From contig NC_082711.1 of NCBI RefSeq assembly GCF_030144855.1, positions 70,742,001 to 70,806,000 of the forward strand: DNA of 64,000 nucleotides, in the 5' to 3' direction. The position numbers and the translations under genes are program-made. Origin of the DNA: Hypanus sabinus (taxonomy: Eukaryota). A model generated the notes under the pieces. That model was given only the letters and a program-made list of their open reading frames with translations. It did not search any database and was not told the DNA's origin. How positions within the stretch are numbered: the stretch's first letter is position 1; every line of letters begins with the position of its first letter. Of the stretch, positions 25,090 to 36,414 are shown piece after piece.

Positions 25090-25721
25090 TGGTTTGCACA
25101 GGAGCATTGCATGTAGACAATGGTCTGATAGCTCCAGCAACAGAGATTCCATTTCTAACTATCAGCATTATCCAGGTAGAACTTGCCCTTTCTGCTTATG
25201 ATAGTACAGATTACCACGGGCAGGGGTGAAAAAACTTCTTCAGAGCGAGTGCTCGAATTGGCAATAATCTTCAAATACTTTTGTGACCCATTGAAATTCT
25301 GAGCTGAGATTATCAATTGATTCATGAATTAGTAACAAATAATTATGATTTTTTTAAAAGAATGGATAAAAACATTTGTTTCTTTGGCAGTAAAATTGAT
25401 CATTATGTATCTTTTAATTATGAGAGGGTTTATAGAATTGAGGTGCATGCTACATGGAAACTAAATTTGTGCACATCATCTTGGACACCTGCTCTACGTT
25501 CGTTAACTCTGAGGAACGGGTGCTTCAGCTTCCTCCCAGCCATGTGCTAGTTGTTCAGTTAGTTAGCTACTGTAAATCACTCCTAATGTAGCTGGTTGGT
25601 GCATGAAACGGGTTTGTTAATGGTCATATGTCAGAGAATGGGTTAGAGGAAAGTGAGTGGGAGAAATGAGAATGATGAATGCAGCACAGGTCAAATAGCT
25701 TCCTTCTACGTTGGGAGGAAA
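25090..25721 (+). mobile_element. Decayed tRNA-derived SINE interrupted by an ~300-bp insert (about 25221-25516; possible hAT MITE, CAGGGGTG...GGACACCTG)
   Basis: GGGTGCTTCAGCTTCCTCCCA V-domain-like segment resumes after the insert. Confidence 0.45.
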
Positions 25722-25723
25722 TA

Positions 25724-26119
25724 CAGCACTCTGCAAAAGTCTTAGTCACATACTCATATGCGAGTGATGATAAACCTGTTTCCGATATGGGGCTCTGATT
25801 TGGACTAAGAATGTGAAGTAGGCAGGGAGAGGGGAATCATGATTGGGGAAGGGGGAAGGGAGAGGGGAGGGAGGGATCAGGGAATCAAATGCCTGGTGTC
25901 TCAGGGCTAGGTGAGTCTGCACTCATGCCACCCACTGGCCCTGTCACTCCTTCTCTGCCACCTGTTCCACACCTCTCCTGTGACACCCCACCCCCAACAT
26001 ACCCAACGTCCTTTGCTCCTGCTATATTTACGAACTCTCTCCCCACTGCATGTTGACAAATACAGTACTGTGCTAAGGTCTTGGGCATCATAGTTATATA
26101 AAACTTTTGTATAGTACTG
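25724..26119. mobile_element. Composite Tc1-type MITE, copy 2 (internally deleted)
   Basis: TA-CAGCACTCTGCAAAAGTCTTAG...TAGTACTG-TA; internal TIR at 26063; core homologous to about 2545-2850. Confidence 0.8.
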
Positions 26120-28094
26120 TATGAACTCAGCTCGGGTGCAGCCCATTCCACTGCTTCAACTCTGATATCCTCGTACTCACATCAGTAACCCACAGAATGG
26201 CTCATATCAACTGAAAATCAGCATATGATGTAATTAGTCGTGGACATTTGTGAATGAACAGAGTCAAATTTTTAAAAACTTCATCACTTCAGGACGGTTA
26301 ATTTATTCTTAGGATACAATAATTCCAGTTATTATTTTTACTTTTCTAAAACTCATTGAATTTTCTCAGAGTTCAAAGTCTGTTACATAGTAAAATATGG
26401 ACATTTGAATCTACTATGGTATGAAACTAATATCCTATGCCAAAAGAAATACAATAGGTATCACAGTTCAAAAATGATTCTTTCTTTGAGTTTCTGAGAA
26501 AAATAAAGCAAAATATAATTGGAAGCTCTTGCTTTCTTTAAATACTGTAGTGCATTAAGGAAATACACATAACTAACTCTGTCTCTTTGAGCAGAATTAA
26601 TCTGAATTAAAAATATCTAATATTATTGGTAAAAAGAAAAACTGGGATTTTTATAATGAATTATTAAAATTAATTTAAATATCAAGCTATTAAATAGATG
26701 ATAGCTCTTTAACCTGAAACATTAACCCTATTACTCTTTCCACAGATACCGGCTGAGATGTTGAATTTACTGCATTTCTGAAAAGAGTTGTGCAGCATAG
26801 AAACTGCACAAGAAGTGCCCTTCAGCACACTACCTACGTGCTGACTTTTATGTCGAACTGCACTCATCCCATTTTCCCGCATTAGGATCACATCTTCTCT
26901 AGTTTGCAAATTTTAAGTGTCTGTCTAATGCCCCTTAAACAAAGTAATTGTTGATCAAGATTCAAGATCTACTTAATGCTGTTATAACAATGCAGAGTTC
27001 ACAAAAGATTGAAACCTACTTGCATGGAAAAAACATAAACCAAGTTATAATCTGAGATTTGACCTGAAATATTAACTCTGGTTCCTTTTCACCACAAGTG
27101 CTGGCCTATTGAATATTTTGAGCATTTTTTTTTGTTTTTATTATGATCTAACATTTTTGTGCACATTTTTCACACTAACATTTCCTAATAAAATGGCAAA
27201 TTTTCCTTACTGATTGAATCAGCCGAGGTGTATGCAGTAGGAAAACTTGAAATCTAAATCAAGGTGTGAATTTGTACAAGAGCAAAATTTTTTGTGAAGT
27301 AAGTTATTGCTAGCTATTTCATCAGGAAAGAATGTGGAAGGCAGGTAAAATAAAATTTCACTCGTGCTCTGCATATACTTATCAATCAACATAGAAATAG
27401 AGAGATAAAAATAATTTTAGGGTGTAGTTAGAGAATTGAAATGACATTATTCAGGGCACAAAGGAAGATTTAATCCAAAAAGTTAGATGATCACAGCATA
27501 ACTTACCCAATATACTGTTTGAGGCTAAAGGCACAAGATTACAGTGGAAAAGCATATCTATGTATTTAAGTATCCCATCAGCTGTGAATTCCGCATGGCA
27601 GTGGAAAAGGTCAGGTGATGTACAGATAGTTTTTTTTGGAATTCCAGAGTTGGATGAGGGGCATTTGTATTTATTGTCACACAACTTCACAAAAAATCTG
27701 CATCATGCTATAATATTTTAAATAATTGATTTACATAAATTAACTTTAAATATGCATTGCAGGACAAACAATGAAAGAGGAATGGAAAACGGGTCAAGTT
27801 GCTGCTTTTATCAGATATGATAAATGCAGTAAAATAAAATACAAAATAACAGTAAGATATCCTTGTGAATCATCTGTCTTCCTGACCTTTCATATGTTTG
27901 TCAAATCTCTTACCATGAATAATGATAACAATGATCCATTAACTATGAATGCTTTCTTGGTATGAACTTTCAGTAAGAACCCTAAACTGCTGGCATGATT
28001 ATAACTTGAATGAAACTTAACCACAAATTAAATTTATCAACCAATCTGAAAATCAAAGAGTCACACAAAATGCTAGATGATTTCCCTTCTTATA

Positions 28095-28450
28095 TTCCTC
28101 ATTCTGGCAACTTGCCTCTTCTCACCTGCCTATCACTTCACTCACCCCACCACTCCTCTGCTCCCTTTCTTTCTCCTATTGTCCACTCTCCTCTCCTATC
28201 AGATTCCTTCTTCTCCAGCCCTTAACCTTTCCTACCCACCTGGCTTCACCTCTCAACTTCTAGCACCCCCCTTCCCCTGCCCCCATCTTCTGTCATCTTT
28301 CCCCTTCCTGTCCAATCCTGAAAAAGAGTCTTGGCCCAAAAAGTAGACTCTTTGTTCATTTCCATCGATGCTACCTGCCCTGCTGAGTTCCTCCAGCATT
28401 TTGTGTGTGTTGCTTTGGATTTCCAGCACCTGCAGTATTTCTCGTGTTTA
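28095..28450 (+). mobile_element. Penelope 3' region / pseudo-LTR
   Basis: Pyrimidine-rich tract, then CCTGAAAAAGAGTCTTGGCCC...CTGCTGAGTTCCTCCAGCATTTTGTGTG...GATTTCCAGCA. Confidence 0.75.
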
Positions 28451-29020
28451 TGAAAATCATTGAACAAGTGCCTTCAGAAATCTTTAATTTTATAGATGCT
28501 TTGCACTAAAGCTGTTGGAAACAACTTAAAGGTATTTTAACGTCTCTGTGGTAAAATCCATGTTCAGATCCTGATCCAATGTGCCAAGAATTGCTCCCTC
28601 ATACTGATGCAATGTTTAATTTCTGATGCTGTACAGAAAAAATGCATCTTAATGAGACAGGAAAGGTAATTTAGCAATCTCAAGTGACAGGGATCAATAT
28701 TCTTTATTTCTATTGGAGCCTGAGATTACCACTTGGCAAACTTTACTGGAATTGGGCATTTGTACACTGTCAGACATGCAGAAGCCTGTTGCTTCTGCAC
28801 ATTCAGGTTTTATGAAATCCTACAAGAATTGCCAACTGATATCAGGGACCTTAGTTAACAGAAGTTTTTTTCTCTCTTTAATCTTGAGATGCAAGAAGGA
28901 GAAATGAGAGAGGAAGGACAGAGGAGGAAGATGAATAAGGAAAAGAGGTTAAGAGCAAGAAAGAATTAATTAAGAGAAAAAAAAATTAGTTCTTCATTCT
29001 ATTCACAAGGAAATTTCATA

Positions 29021-29048
29021 CTTAAAATTGTTTATTTTCCAGGTAAGT
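29021..29048 (+). other. Candidate recursive splice site (acceptor directly followed by a consensus donor)
   Basis: CTTAAAATTGTTTATTTTCCAG|GTAAGT in non-repeat sequence; AG at 29041-29042. Confidence 0.3.
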
Positions 29049-29635
29049 GAATGATTGGTTGTAACTGGGAATCAAGTCATTAAAGTGGTATTCATGCTCT
29101 GTACAACTTTTTGGAGTGAGTTTAATGGGGATTACAAACCAAGTCGTTTATTGCCATATTTCATGTATAGTGAAGTATACTTTAGGTACAATGAAAAATC
29201 TACTAGTGAAAGTGTGTAGATTCAGACAACAAACAGAACACAAGTTGTATGTAAATTATACAAGGCAATGAAAGAAAAACCTATGCAAAACACGACATTA
29301 GAGCAAGAAAAAAACAAAATCAATAACAAGTCCATCATGAAAACCAATCAAGCAATTGCATTTATTTCTAGAAACAGAACTGAAGATTAAATGAGATATG
29401 GCAAACCTATCGTGGAATATTATGTATAGTTCTGGTTACCACACAATTGGAACAATGGGATTCTGGTGGAAGTAGTGCAGAGGAGATTTGCTGGTGTTTC
29501 CTGGAATGGAGGACTTCAGTTATAAGACCATAAGACATTAGGAGCAGAATTAGGCCATTTGGCTCATTGAGTCCGCTTTACTGTTTCATCATGGCTGATC
29601 TATTTTTCCTCAGTCTCCTGCCTTCCCCTTGTATC

Positions 29636-29855
29636 TCAAGCAGTAGCAAATCAAGGCAAATAGACTTGCTGTGTTATCTAGAAGACGTTTCATCACTCAT
29701 CTGAGAGGCTTCTTCAGTTGTGATCCATGGTAGGTAGATGAAGCCTCTCGGATGTGTGGCAAAAGGTCTTCTAGACAATACATCAAGTCCAGTTACCATG
29801 ATTTACTACTGCTTGATATACAATGACTGGATGACTGAAAACCTTCATAGACATT
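29636..29855. mobile_element. Second-family Penelope-like fold-back mini-element
   Basis: Inverted arms of about 80 bp (CAAGCAGTAG..GAGGCTTC / GAAGCCTC..CTACTGCTTG); 13-bp TSD TTCCCC(T/C)TGTATC at 29623-29635 and 29856-29868. Confidence 0.75.
29680..29721 (-). ncRNA. Minimal hammerhead ribozyme motif (Penelope-type)
   Basis: Minus strand reads ACAA-CUGAAGA-AGCCUCUCAGAUGAGUGAU-GAAAC-GUC-UUCU: intact core boxes, imperfect stems. Confidence 0.6.
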
Positions 29856-31468
29856 TTCCCCCTGTATCCTTTCATGGCTTGAGCAATCAAAAATCTATCA
29901 AACTCTGCTTTAAACATACATATAGACTTGGACTCCACAACTTCTCTCTGGCTTAAGGAATTGTTCCTCATCTCCATTATAAAAGGACACCCCTCTATTC
30001 TGAGACTGTGTCCTCTGGTTTTAGACACTCCCAGCATAGGGAACATCCTCTCTATATCTGCTCAATAAAGGTGTTTCACTATTTGATAGGTTTCAATTAG
30101 GCCACCCTTCATTCTTCTAAATTCCAGCGAATACAGGCCCAGAGCCATCAAACGCTCTTCATATAACAAGCCATTTAATCCTGTAATCATTGTTATGAAC
30201 CTACTTTGAACCCTCTCCAGTTTCAGCATACCCTTGTGTTCTAGTCCTATTGAAATAAGTGCTAACATTGCATTTGCCTTCCCTACCACAGACACAACCT
30301 GCAACTTAACCCTTAGGGAATCCTGCACAAGGGCTCCCAAATTTCTTTGCACCTTAGATTTTTGTATTTTCTCTCCATTTAGAAAATGGTCAACCCTTAC
30401 ATTTCTTCTACCAAATTGTATGACCATACTCTTCCTGACACTGTATTCCATCTACCACTTCTTTGCCCAATCTCCTAATCTGTCTGTCTTTCTGTAGCTT
30501 CTCTATTTTCTCAAAACAAAATCCTAGCCTTCCACCTACCTTCGTATCATCTGCAAACCCTGCAACAAAGCCATTGATTCCATCATCCAAATCATTGACG
30601 TACAACACAAAAAGAATTGGTCCCAACACAGACCCTTGTGGGGAGGGGGAGAGGAAGGGGGAAGGGGAGAGGAAGGGGGAAGGGGAGAGATTGATTGATT
30701 GAATAGGCTGAGTTTGATTTCCCAAATGTGAAGGAGAGTTAAATAATCGAGTTAATCGAGTTAAACTCACTTAATCGAGTTAAATAAAATTATGAGAGAT
30801 ATAGATGGAGTAGATAGTCTTTTTCCCAGATTAGGGATGTCAAGAGAAAAGGGCATACGTTTCAGCTGAGGAGAAGGAGGAAAGGAAGATTTTTTTTAAA
30901 CTCACATTTTTCAAACATTTTGTCAGAGAAGGTGTTGGAATCAAAAATCAGTATGTTTAAGAGACGCTTCTACTGGTACCGTGAGATATTGATCTAGTGC
31001 AGAGAAGTAGGATCAATGTAGATGGCCAAATAGGTCAGCATGGCTGTGGTGGGTCAAAAAGCCTGTTTCTTCATCTCAAAGACTTCATGATCTTATGTTA
31101 GTTCATAGCTGAGATCACCTGTTGCTAAAATGAAAACAGAGGAATGCCAGATATAGACATTTCCAAACCAGTGAGTTTCAGAACAAGATGCCGTTTTGTG
31201 AAGCCAATGATTAAGCAACATAAATCATCAGCTGGTGAAATAATTGTAAATCACAGAATAACTCTTACAAAAAAAGAGAGATATTGTACGAATTACAATT
31301 ATTGCCAGCTATTGTGCTCATTAACAATGCATATCATTCATTTTACTGCATGAAAATCTGGCACATTTGTTGAATTTCAGTGAATGCCCTTCTTCACACT
31401 ATGTTTAACATGAACAGGAATTTCTGACCCAATGCTTGACAACATTTTGAATTCTGAAGACAGTGCAT

Positions 31469-32284
31469 TGTTATGAATGTACCACAGCTCTGAGGGGCCG
31501 AAGGAGCGGGAGCAGCCCCCTCCTTCCGGAGAATCGCAAAATCGCTATTAATTCAGGTCTCGGACCCAGGAAGTGAGAGACAATGCAACGGTTTTGGCCA
31601 TTGTACTTAGAGGTACCTGTGTGACGTGCATGTCCCTGCTCCGTGACAGCTACCATGGATATGGACACCCTCGGGCAATGTGGGGGTGGGGATTGCATCA
31701 CCCTACTTTGATGGACATCTACAACTCTGCAAGTCAAGATAAAAGGGGACTGCAGGAGGCAGTACCCCAGCGACGCACCAGAAGGACACCCTCGCTCAGT
31801 GCTCCCATGGCTGGAAGCCACTCAATGCCACGTGCGCTCCTAACTCCTTTGCCTGGGGAGCGGGTGGCTGATAATACCGAGAAGGACTTCGAACTAACAA
31901 CTGAGAAACAGCATTCCCCTGATTTTACGGAGTGGCTTCATAAAGACCCAGGCAAGTTTTTTTCGTTTTTCACCGATCCCTCTAAAACACATGAAACCCA
32001 GCGATTCCCCGAAAGGCTAAAGTCTGCAGACTTCTGAGTGACTTTTATATTTCCAATGGACAAAATATTATCCCCTAGACAACAGCCGAGATTTCTTCTT
32101 AATGATGATTATTACTATACCCGCGTTTTAGATTGAGTATTGATGACGTGCATTATCTGAATGTTTGTATTAACCTTACTTTTGTGCCCCTTTATAAATA
32201 AAAACGTTTGAAAATTGTGACATCAGACTTCAACGGACCTCTCTATCTTTGCTGGTAAGTTATCCAATTACGGGATACGTAACA
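31469..32284 (+). mobile_element. Solo LTR (816 bp), Gypsy/ERV-like
   Basis: TGTTATG...CGTAACA inverted ends; 4-bp TSD GCAT (31465-31468, 32285-32288); GATAAAAG near 31738; AATAAA at 32197. Confidence 0.88.
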
Positions 32285-32459
32285 GCATGAATTCAGAATT
32301 GAAATCAACTGAGATCGAGGAATCTCATTAAAAGCAGAAAAATACTTCTGCACTAATTTAAAATTTGAATTGCTTCCCTAAATAAAATTTCAACTTTTCC
32401 AGTGCTTTCTTTGCCTTCCCTAATTTTCCAAAAGGCACAATATTTCACAGCTATATGTG

Positions 32460-32990
32460 ACGGAGGCCTTAACTGCATTTCATCTACTTCTCTCACCTCT
32501 GCTCTTCTCCTGCTGGACAGAGAAAGAATACAGCTCCACACCATCAGTCTCCATACAGATTAATTACATTATACCACCCCCACCCTGTCCCATCTTCAAT
32601 AAAATTCCACCATTAGGCATAGATTCCCTTATAATCTCCCTGCATACCATCCAGCAACCCAAACTGATTTTCAAAGTGTAGCATTTGCACTTCCGCTGAT
32701 CTTCTCAGCATTCACAATATGGCCCCCTCTACAAAAGAGAAACCAAATGCAGGCTGCACAACTGACAAGCAGGAGTGACCCCAAGCTTCTGGTTGCTAGT
32801 CTCTTAATTCATCATCACATTTCTGCCTGTGGCCTCTTTCTCAATGAGAATACAGCCCAAAGGAAGCTCAATGAACCACCAGTGCTGGAATTTGGAACAA
32901 ATCCTGATGCAGGGTCAGGCATGAAATGTTGACTGTCCCTTTGCCTTCACAGATGCTACTTGGCCCACTGTTTTTCCAGTATTTTCTATT
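32460..32990 (+). mobile_element. Decayed Penelope element (GIY-YIG relic plus terminal repeat)
   Basis: TTTGCACTTCC...CTCTACAAAAGAGAAACCAAATGCAGGCTG resembles CTS...LY.GETK.RL; followed by CCTGATGCAGGGTC..GAAATGTTGACTG. Confidence 0.6.
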
Positions 32991-33029
32991 TTTATATACA
33001 GTCACATTTGTGTTATTTTACTCTCCACA

Positions 33030-33235
33030 CATTCCCCTGCACTCATCTAGTCCATCCCTCTACCACCAAATGTCATCACTCATTTACATACTTTCGACAA
33101 TGAACCTACACTGGAGGAGGTTGGACCCATTTGGTCACAGGGAGAACACCCAAGCCCCAGTACCAGAGGTCAGGATTGGACCCAGGGTACTGGAGCTATG
33201 AGGTAATATTTTTACTCGCTGTATCACTGTACTAT
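33030..33235 (-). mobile_element. tRNA-derived SINE, decayed
   Basis: GAGGTCAGGATTGGACCCAGG..CTGGAGCT is an antisense B-box region like that at 51360-51400. Confidence 0.6.
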
Positions 33236-33314
33236 CCCAAAAGGCATTTATTGGAGTGAGCTGCCTTGGGATAGGTAACCTAAAGCATTCATCTCAATAT
33301 TGGATAAAGATTTT

Positions 33315-34105
33315 AAGACCATAAGACAGAGAAGCAGAATTGGGTCATTTGGCCCATTGAGTCTGCTCCGCCATTTCATCATGACAGATCCATTTTACTC
33401 TCAGCCCCAATCTCCTGCTTTCTCCCCATATGTGTTCATGCTCTGACTAATCAAGAGTCTATCAACCTCTCTCTTAAATATACCCAATGACTTAGCCTCC
33501 ACAGCTGCCTGTGGCAATGAATTCCTCCTCATTTCCATGCTAAATGGATGTCCATCTATTCGGAGGCTATGTCTTCTAGTCTTAGGCTCTCCAACTATAA
33601 GAAACATCTTCTTCACATCCACTCTATTGAGGCCTTTCAACATTCAATGGGTCTTAATGAGGTCACCCCACTTTCTTCTGAATTCAGTGAATACAGGCCC
33701 AGAGCCATCAAATGCTCCTCATATGATAAGCATTTGAAACCCGGAATCATTTTCATTAAATCTCCTCTGAACCCTCACCAATGCCAGCACATTCTTTCTA
33801 TAAGGGGCCCAAAACTGATCACAATATTCCAAGTGAATATCCCACTGCTTCATCAGTACCTTATGTAGCCTCAACATTGCATCTTTGTGTTTATATTTTA
33901 ATCTTCTTGAAATGAATGCTAACATAGCATTTGTCACCAACTCAGCCTGCAAATTAACCTTTAGAGAATTCTCCCTGAGAACTCGCAAGTCCCTTTGCAC
34001 CTCAGATTTTTGAATCTTCTCTCCATTTAGAAAATAATTTACTCTTTGATTTCTTCTGTCAAAGTGCATGACCATATACTTCCCAACACTGTATATTCCA
34101 TCTGG
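33315..34105 (-). mobile_element. 5'-truncated CR1 LINE
   Basis: Antisense QRDLRVL, HLEYCDQFWAPY, LPQAAVEAKSL; TAAGACCATAAGAC tail. Confidence 0.9.
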
Positions 34106-34775
34106 AGATATGGAATGGTAGCTGATCGACTGACATAATTTTACAAGAGATTTTCTATGTTTTGATTCATATTAACCAGTATGTCTGACTGTGAGTTGTA
34201 ATATGATTTGTTTTGCTCTGTTCAATTTACTTTCTGACTTGACAGGTTTGGCACAATAAGCAGTTTCAATGACACTATTTTAATTAGCTTACAATAATCC
34301 ATCTAAATATACAATCAGTTAGTGGATAACCCAAATAAATTTGATTTTCAATTCAATTAAAGTTGTCATTCTGAGATAAGTGTAGGGAAAAGGCATGGTC
34401 CTGATAACACAGCGAAAACAAGGTCTAGATTCAATGTTCCTAGCATAGAGTTTCCAGAGACATGCATCTTCCATGCATAATAGATGCACAATTCTGTTCT
34501 GGGAATGGGAAAAAACAACATTTATCCAGAACACTGTCCTGACCATGCTTTTGTTCTATTGACCAGTGCTAACTGCAACACAAAATACACACCAGAGAGC
34601 TGGCGTACCCTCATTGTGGCCACTTTGTTCTCACTTTGTGAGATTGAGTTGTCAGCAGGGCCTTAGGAAATGCATAGCCACAGAACATTGGTGACATCAC
34701 ATGGTTAATGCTGGTGTATGACTTCAATAAATAGGGCCCATGCAATTAAACCTATCATGGAATCAGACATGACTC

Positions 34776-34815
34776 TTCATCCTGATGAAGGGTCCTGGCC
34801 TGAAACGTCAACTTT
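34776..34815 (+). ncRNA. Minimal hammerhead ribozyme motif in a Penelope terminal repeat (repeat extends to about 34915)
   Basis: CUGAUGA-AGGGUCCUGGCCU-GAAAC-GUC; stem I decayed. Confidence 0.6.
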
Positions 34816-35065
34816 TCATTCCCTTCCACGGGCACTTACTGCCCTGCTGAGCTCCTCCAGCATTTTGTGTGGGTTATTCTGGAATTCCAGTATCTGCAGA
34901 AACTCTTGTGTTTTTAAAATCAACCCTGCCTATTCAGTCTGCCCTCGTAACTGAAACATACTATCCTGATCAATCCTCTCTGCGTTATCTCCAGTGTAAT
35001 CTTATCCCTCCCACTGTGTGGTAAACAGGACTAAACAATGTATTTCATTAATGCATGAGATTCTT

Positions 35066-35270
35066 TAGTAGATGCCGGAAATCCAGAGTAACACGCACAA
35101 AATGCTGGAAGAACTCAGCAAGTCAGGCAACATCTATGGAAAGGAATAAACAGTCAACGATTTGGGCCAAGGCCCTTCTTCAGGACTGGGTCCGGTTTGA
35201 AATGTCGACTACTTACTTTATTCCATACATGCAGCCTGACCTGCTGAGTTCCTCTAGGGTTCTGTGTGGG
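35066..35270. mobile_element. Penelope fold-back (inverted terminal-repeat pair)
   Basis: AAATGCTGGAAGAACTCAGCAAGTCAGG ... CCTGACCTGCTGAGTTCCTC; the minus arm holds CAGUC-CUGAAGA-AGGGCCUUGGCCC-AAAUC-GUU-GACUG. Confidence 0.7.
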
Positions 35271-35741
35271 TTACACAGTAGTTCAGCTATGTTTTGCACA
35301 GATGTACCACAACCTCCCTGATCTTACATTCTGTGTCACGGCTGATGAAGGCAAGTATCTGGTATGCCTTCTTCAATATGTTTTCTACCTGGCTGTCACC
35401 TTCAGGGATCCTTGGATTTGTACTTCAATGTTCTTCATTTATCAATACCCTCTTGGGTTTACCATTCATCATGTCTAGACTCTTAAATATGTCACATTAT
35501 ACGTTCCAAAATTAAATTTCACTTGCGATTGCTCTGTCAAATAATATTACTCTCTTGCCTTTTCTTCACGGGGACACACTTAGCCATGCCTGTATCCATT
35601 TTTCAGCCCTACAACTTTGCAAGAATGCTGCATACCTCTATTTACTGCTTTGTATTCAATGATTTTAGTCACTGTACCACTAACAGCTGTAACCTCTGCT
35701 TTCAAGATACTAAGCTCTGGAATCCCCTCGCTGACCTTTGT

Positions 35742-35840
35742 CTGATCCTGATGAAGGGGCTTGGGCAGAAATGTTGACTGTTTATTCCATGGACGTTGTC
35801 TGAACTGCTGAGTTCCTCCAGTATTTTGTGTGTGTTGCTT
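35742..35840 (+). repeat. Penelope terminal repeat
   Basis: CCTGATGAAGGGG..GAAATGTTGACTG..CTGCTGAGTTCCTCCAG. Confidence 0.7.
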
Positions 35841-36414
35841 TGTCTGCCTACCTCTCTCCTTCCTCATTAAAAATACATCTCAAAAGAAAACTCTTCGGAC
35901 AAGTTTTTTTTTACCTGGCCAATATTGGGGCCTGGCTCAGGACACGAAGTAATGTTCTGTTGATGGTTTTTGTCGTGTTAACTTACTTTCATGAAGGCTT
36001 CCATGGTCTTTTGTAGTAATATCTGCTATTAACTTCAAGCCTTTCAATCTTTTTATCTATTGGATTTAGCAAAAGCAACATAGTTTCTTTTGCAAAATGC
36101 ATAGAATCATTAATCAGCAATTTATTGACACAGATGAAACATATAGATGGTGTGTGCTCACCGATAAAAAGGGAGTCTCTATAATGGGAGAGATTATAGT
36201 GATTCTGGGTGGCATTTAGCTTTACTGCCATGTCCTTTCATCTGATTTAGCTTGGGGAGAGCAAAGCAGTAAATGGCTGTAAAAAAAATGCAGAAGAATC
36301 AATAAACTTGTTTGCACCTATAAACAAACCCCCTCCCCCCCCCCCCCCCCAAACGACATCATCCAAACTGCAGTGTCAAACTACATCGAGCTGGGAAATG
36401 TTAGTGCATAAATA

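Larger units (their letters stand above)
29522..30640 (-). mobile_element. 5'-truncated CR1 LINE
   Basis: Antisense PQGSVLGP, FADDTKVGG, LGLYSLEFRR; ATAAGACCATAAGAC tail at the left. Confidence 0.9.

Noticed and set aside
27451-27690. Minus-strand ORF containing a G|GTAAGT donor near 27506
   Set aside because: No good acceptor and no recognisable protein; cannot support an exon.
30640-30785. Short tandem repeats (GGGGAGAGGAAGGGGGAA; TTAATCGAG) at a CR1 5' junction
   Set aside because: Low-complexity or slippage products; not a CRISPR-like or regularly spaced array.
31573-32037. 154-aa ORF
   Set aside because: Lies wholly inside a GC-rich solo LTR; no gag/pol/env motifs.
36329-36350. Poly(C) runs here and near 17284, 22156 and 43798, all C on the plus strand
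   Set aside because: Too few to claim strand bias; simple homopolymers of uncertain length.
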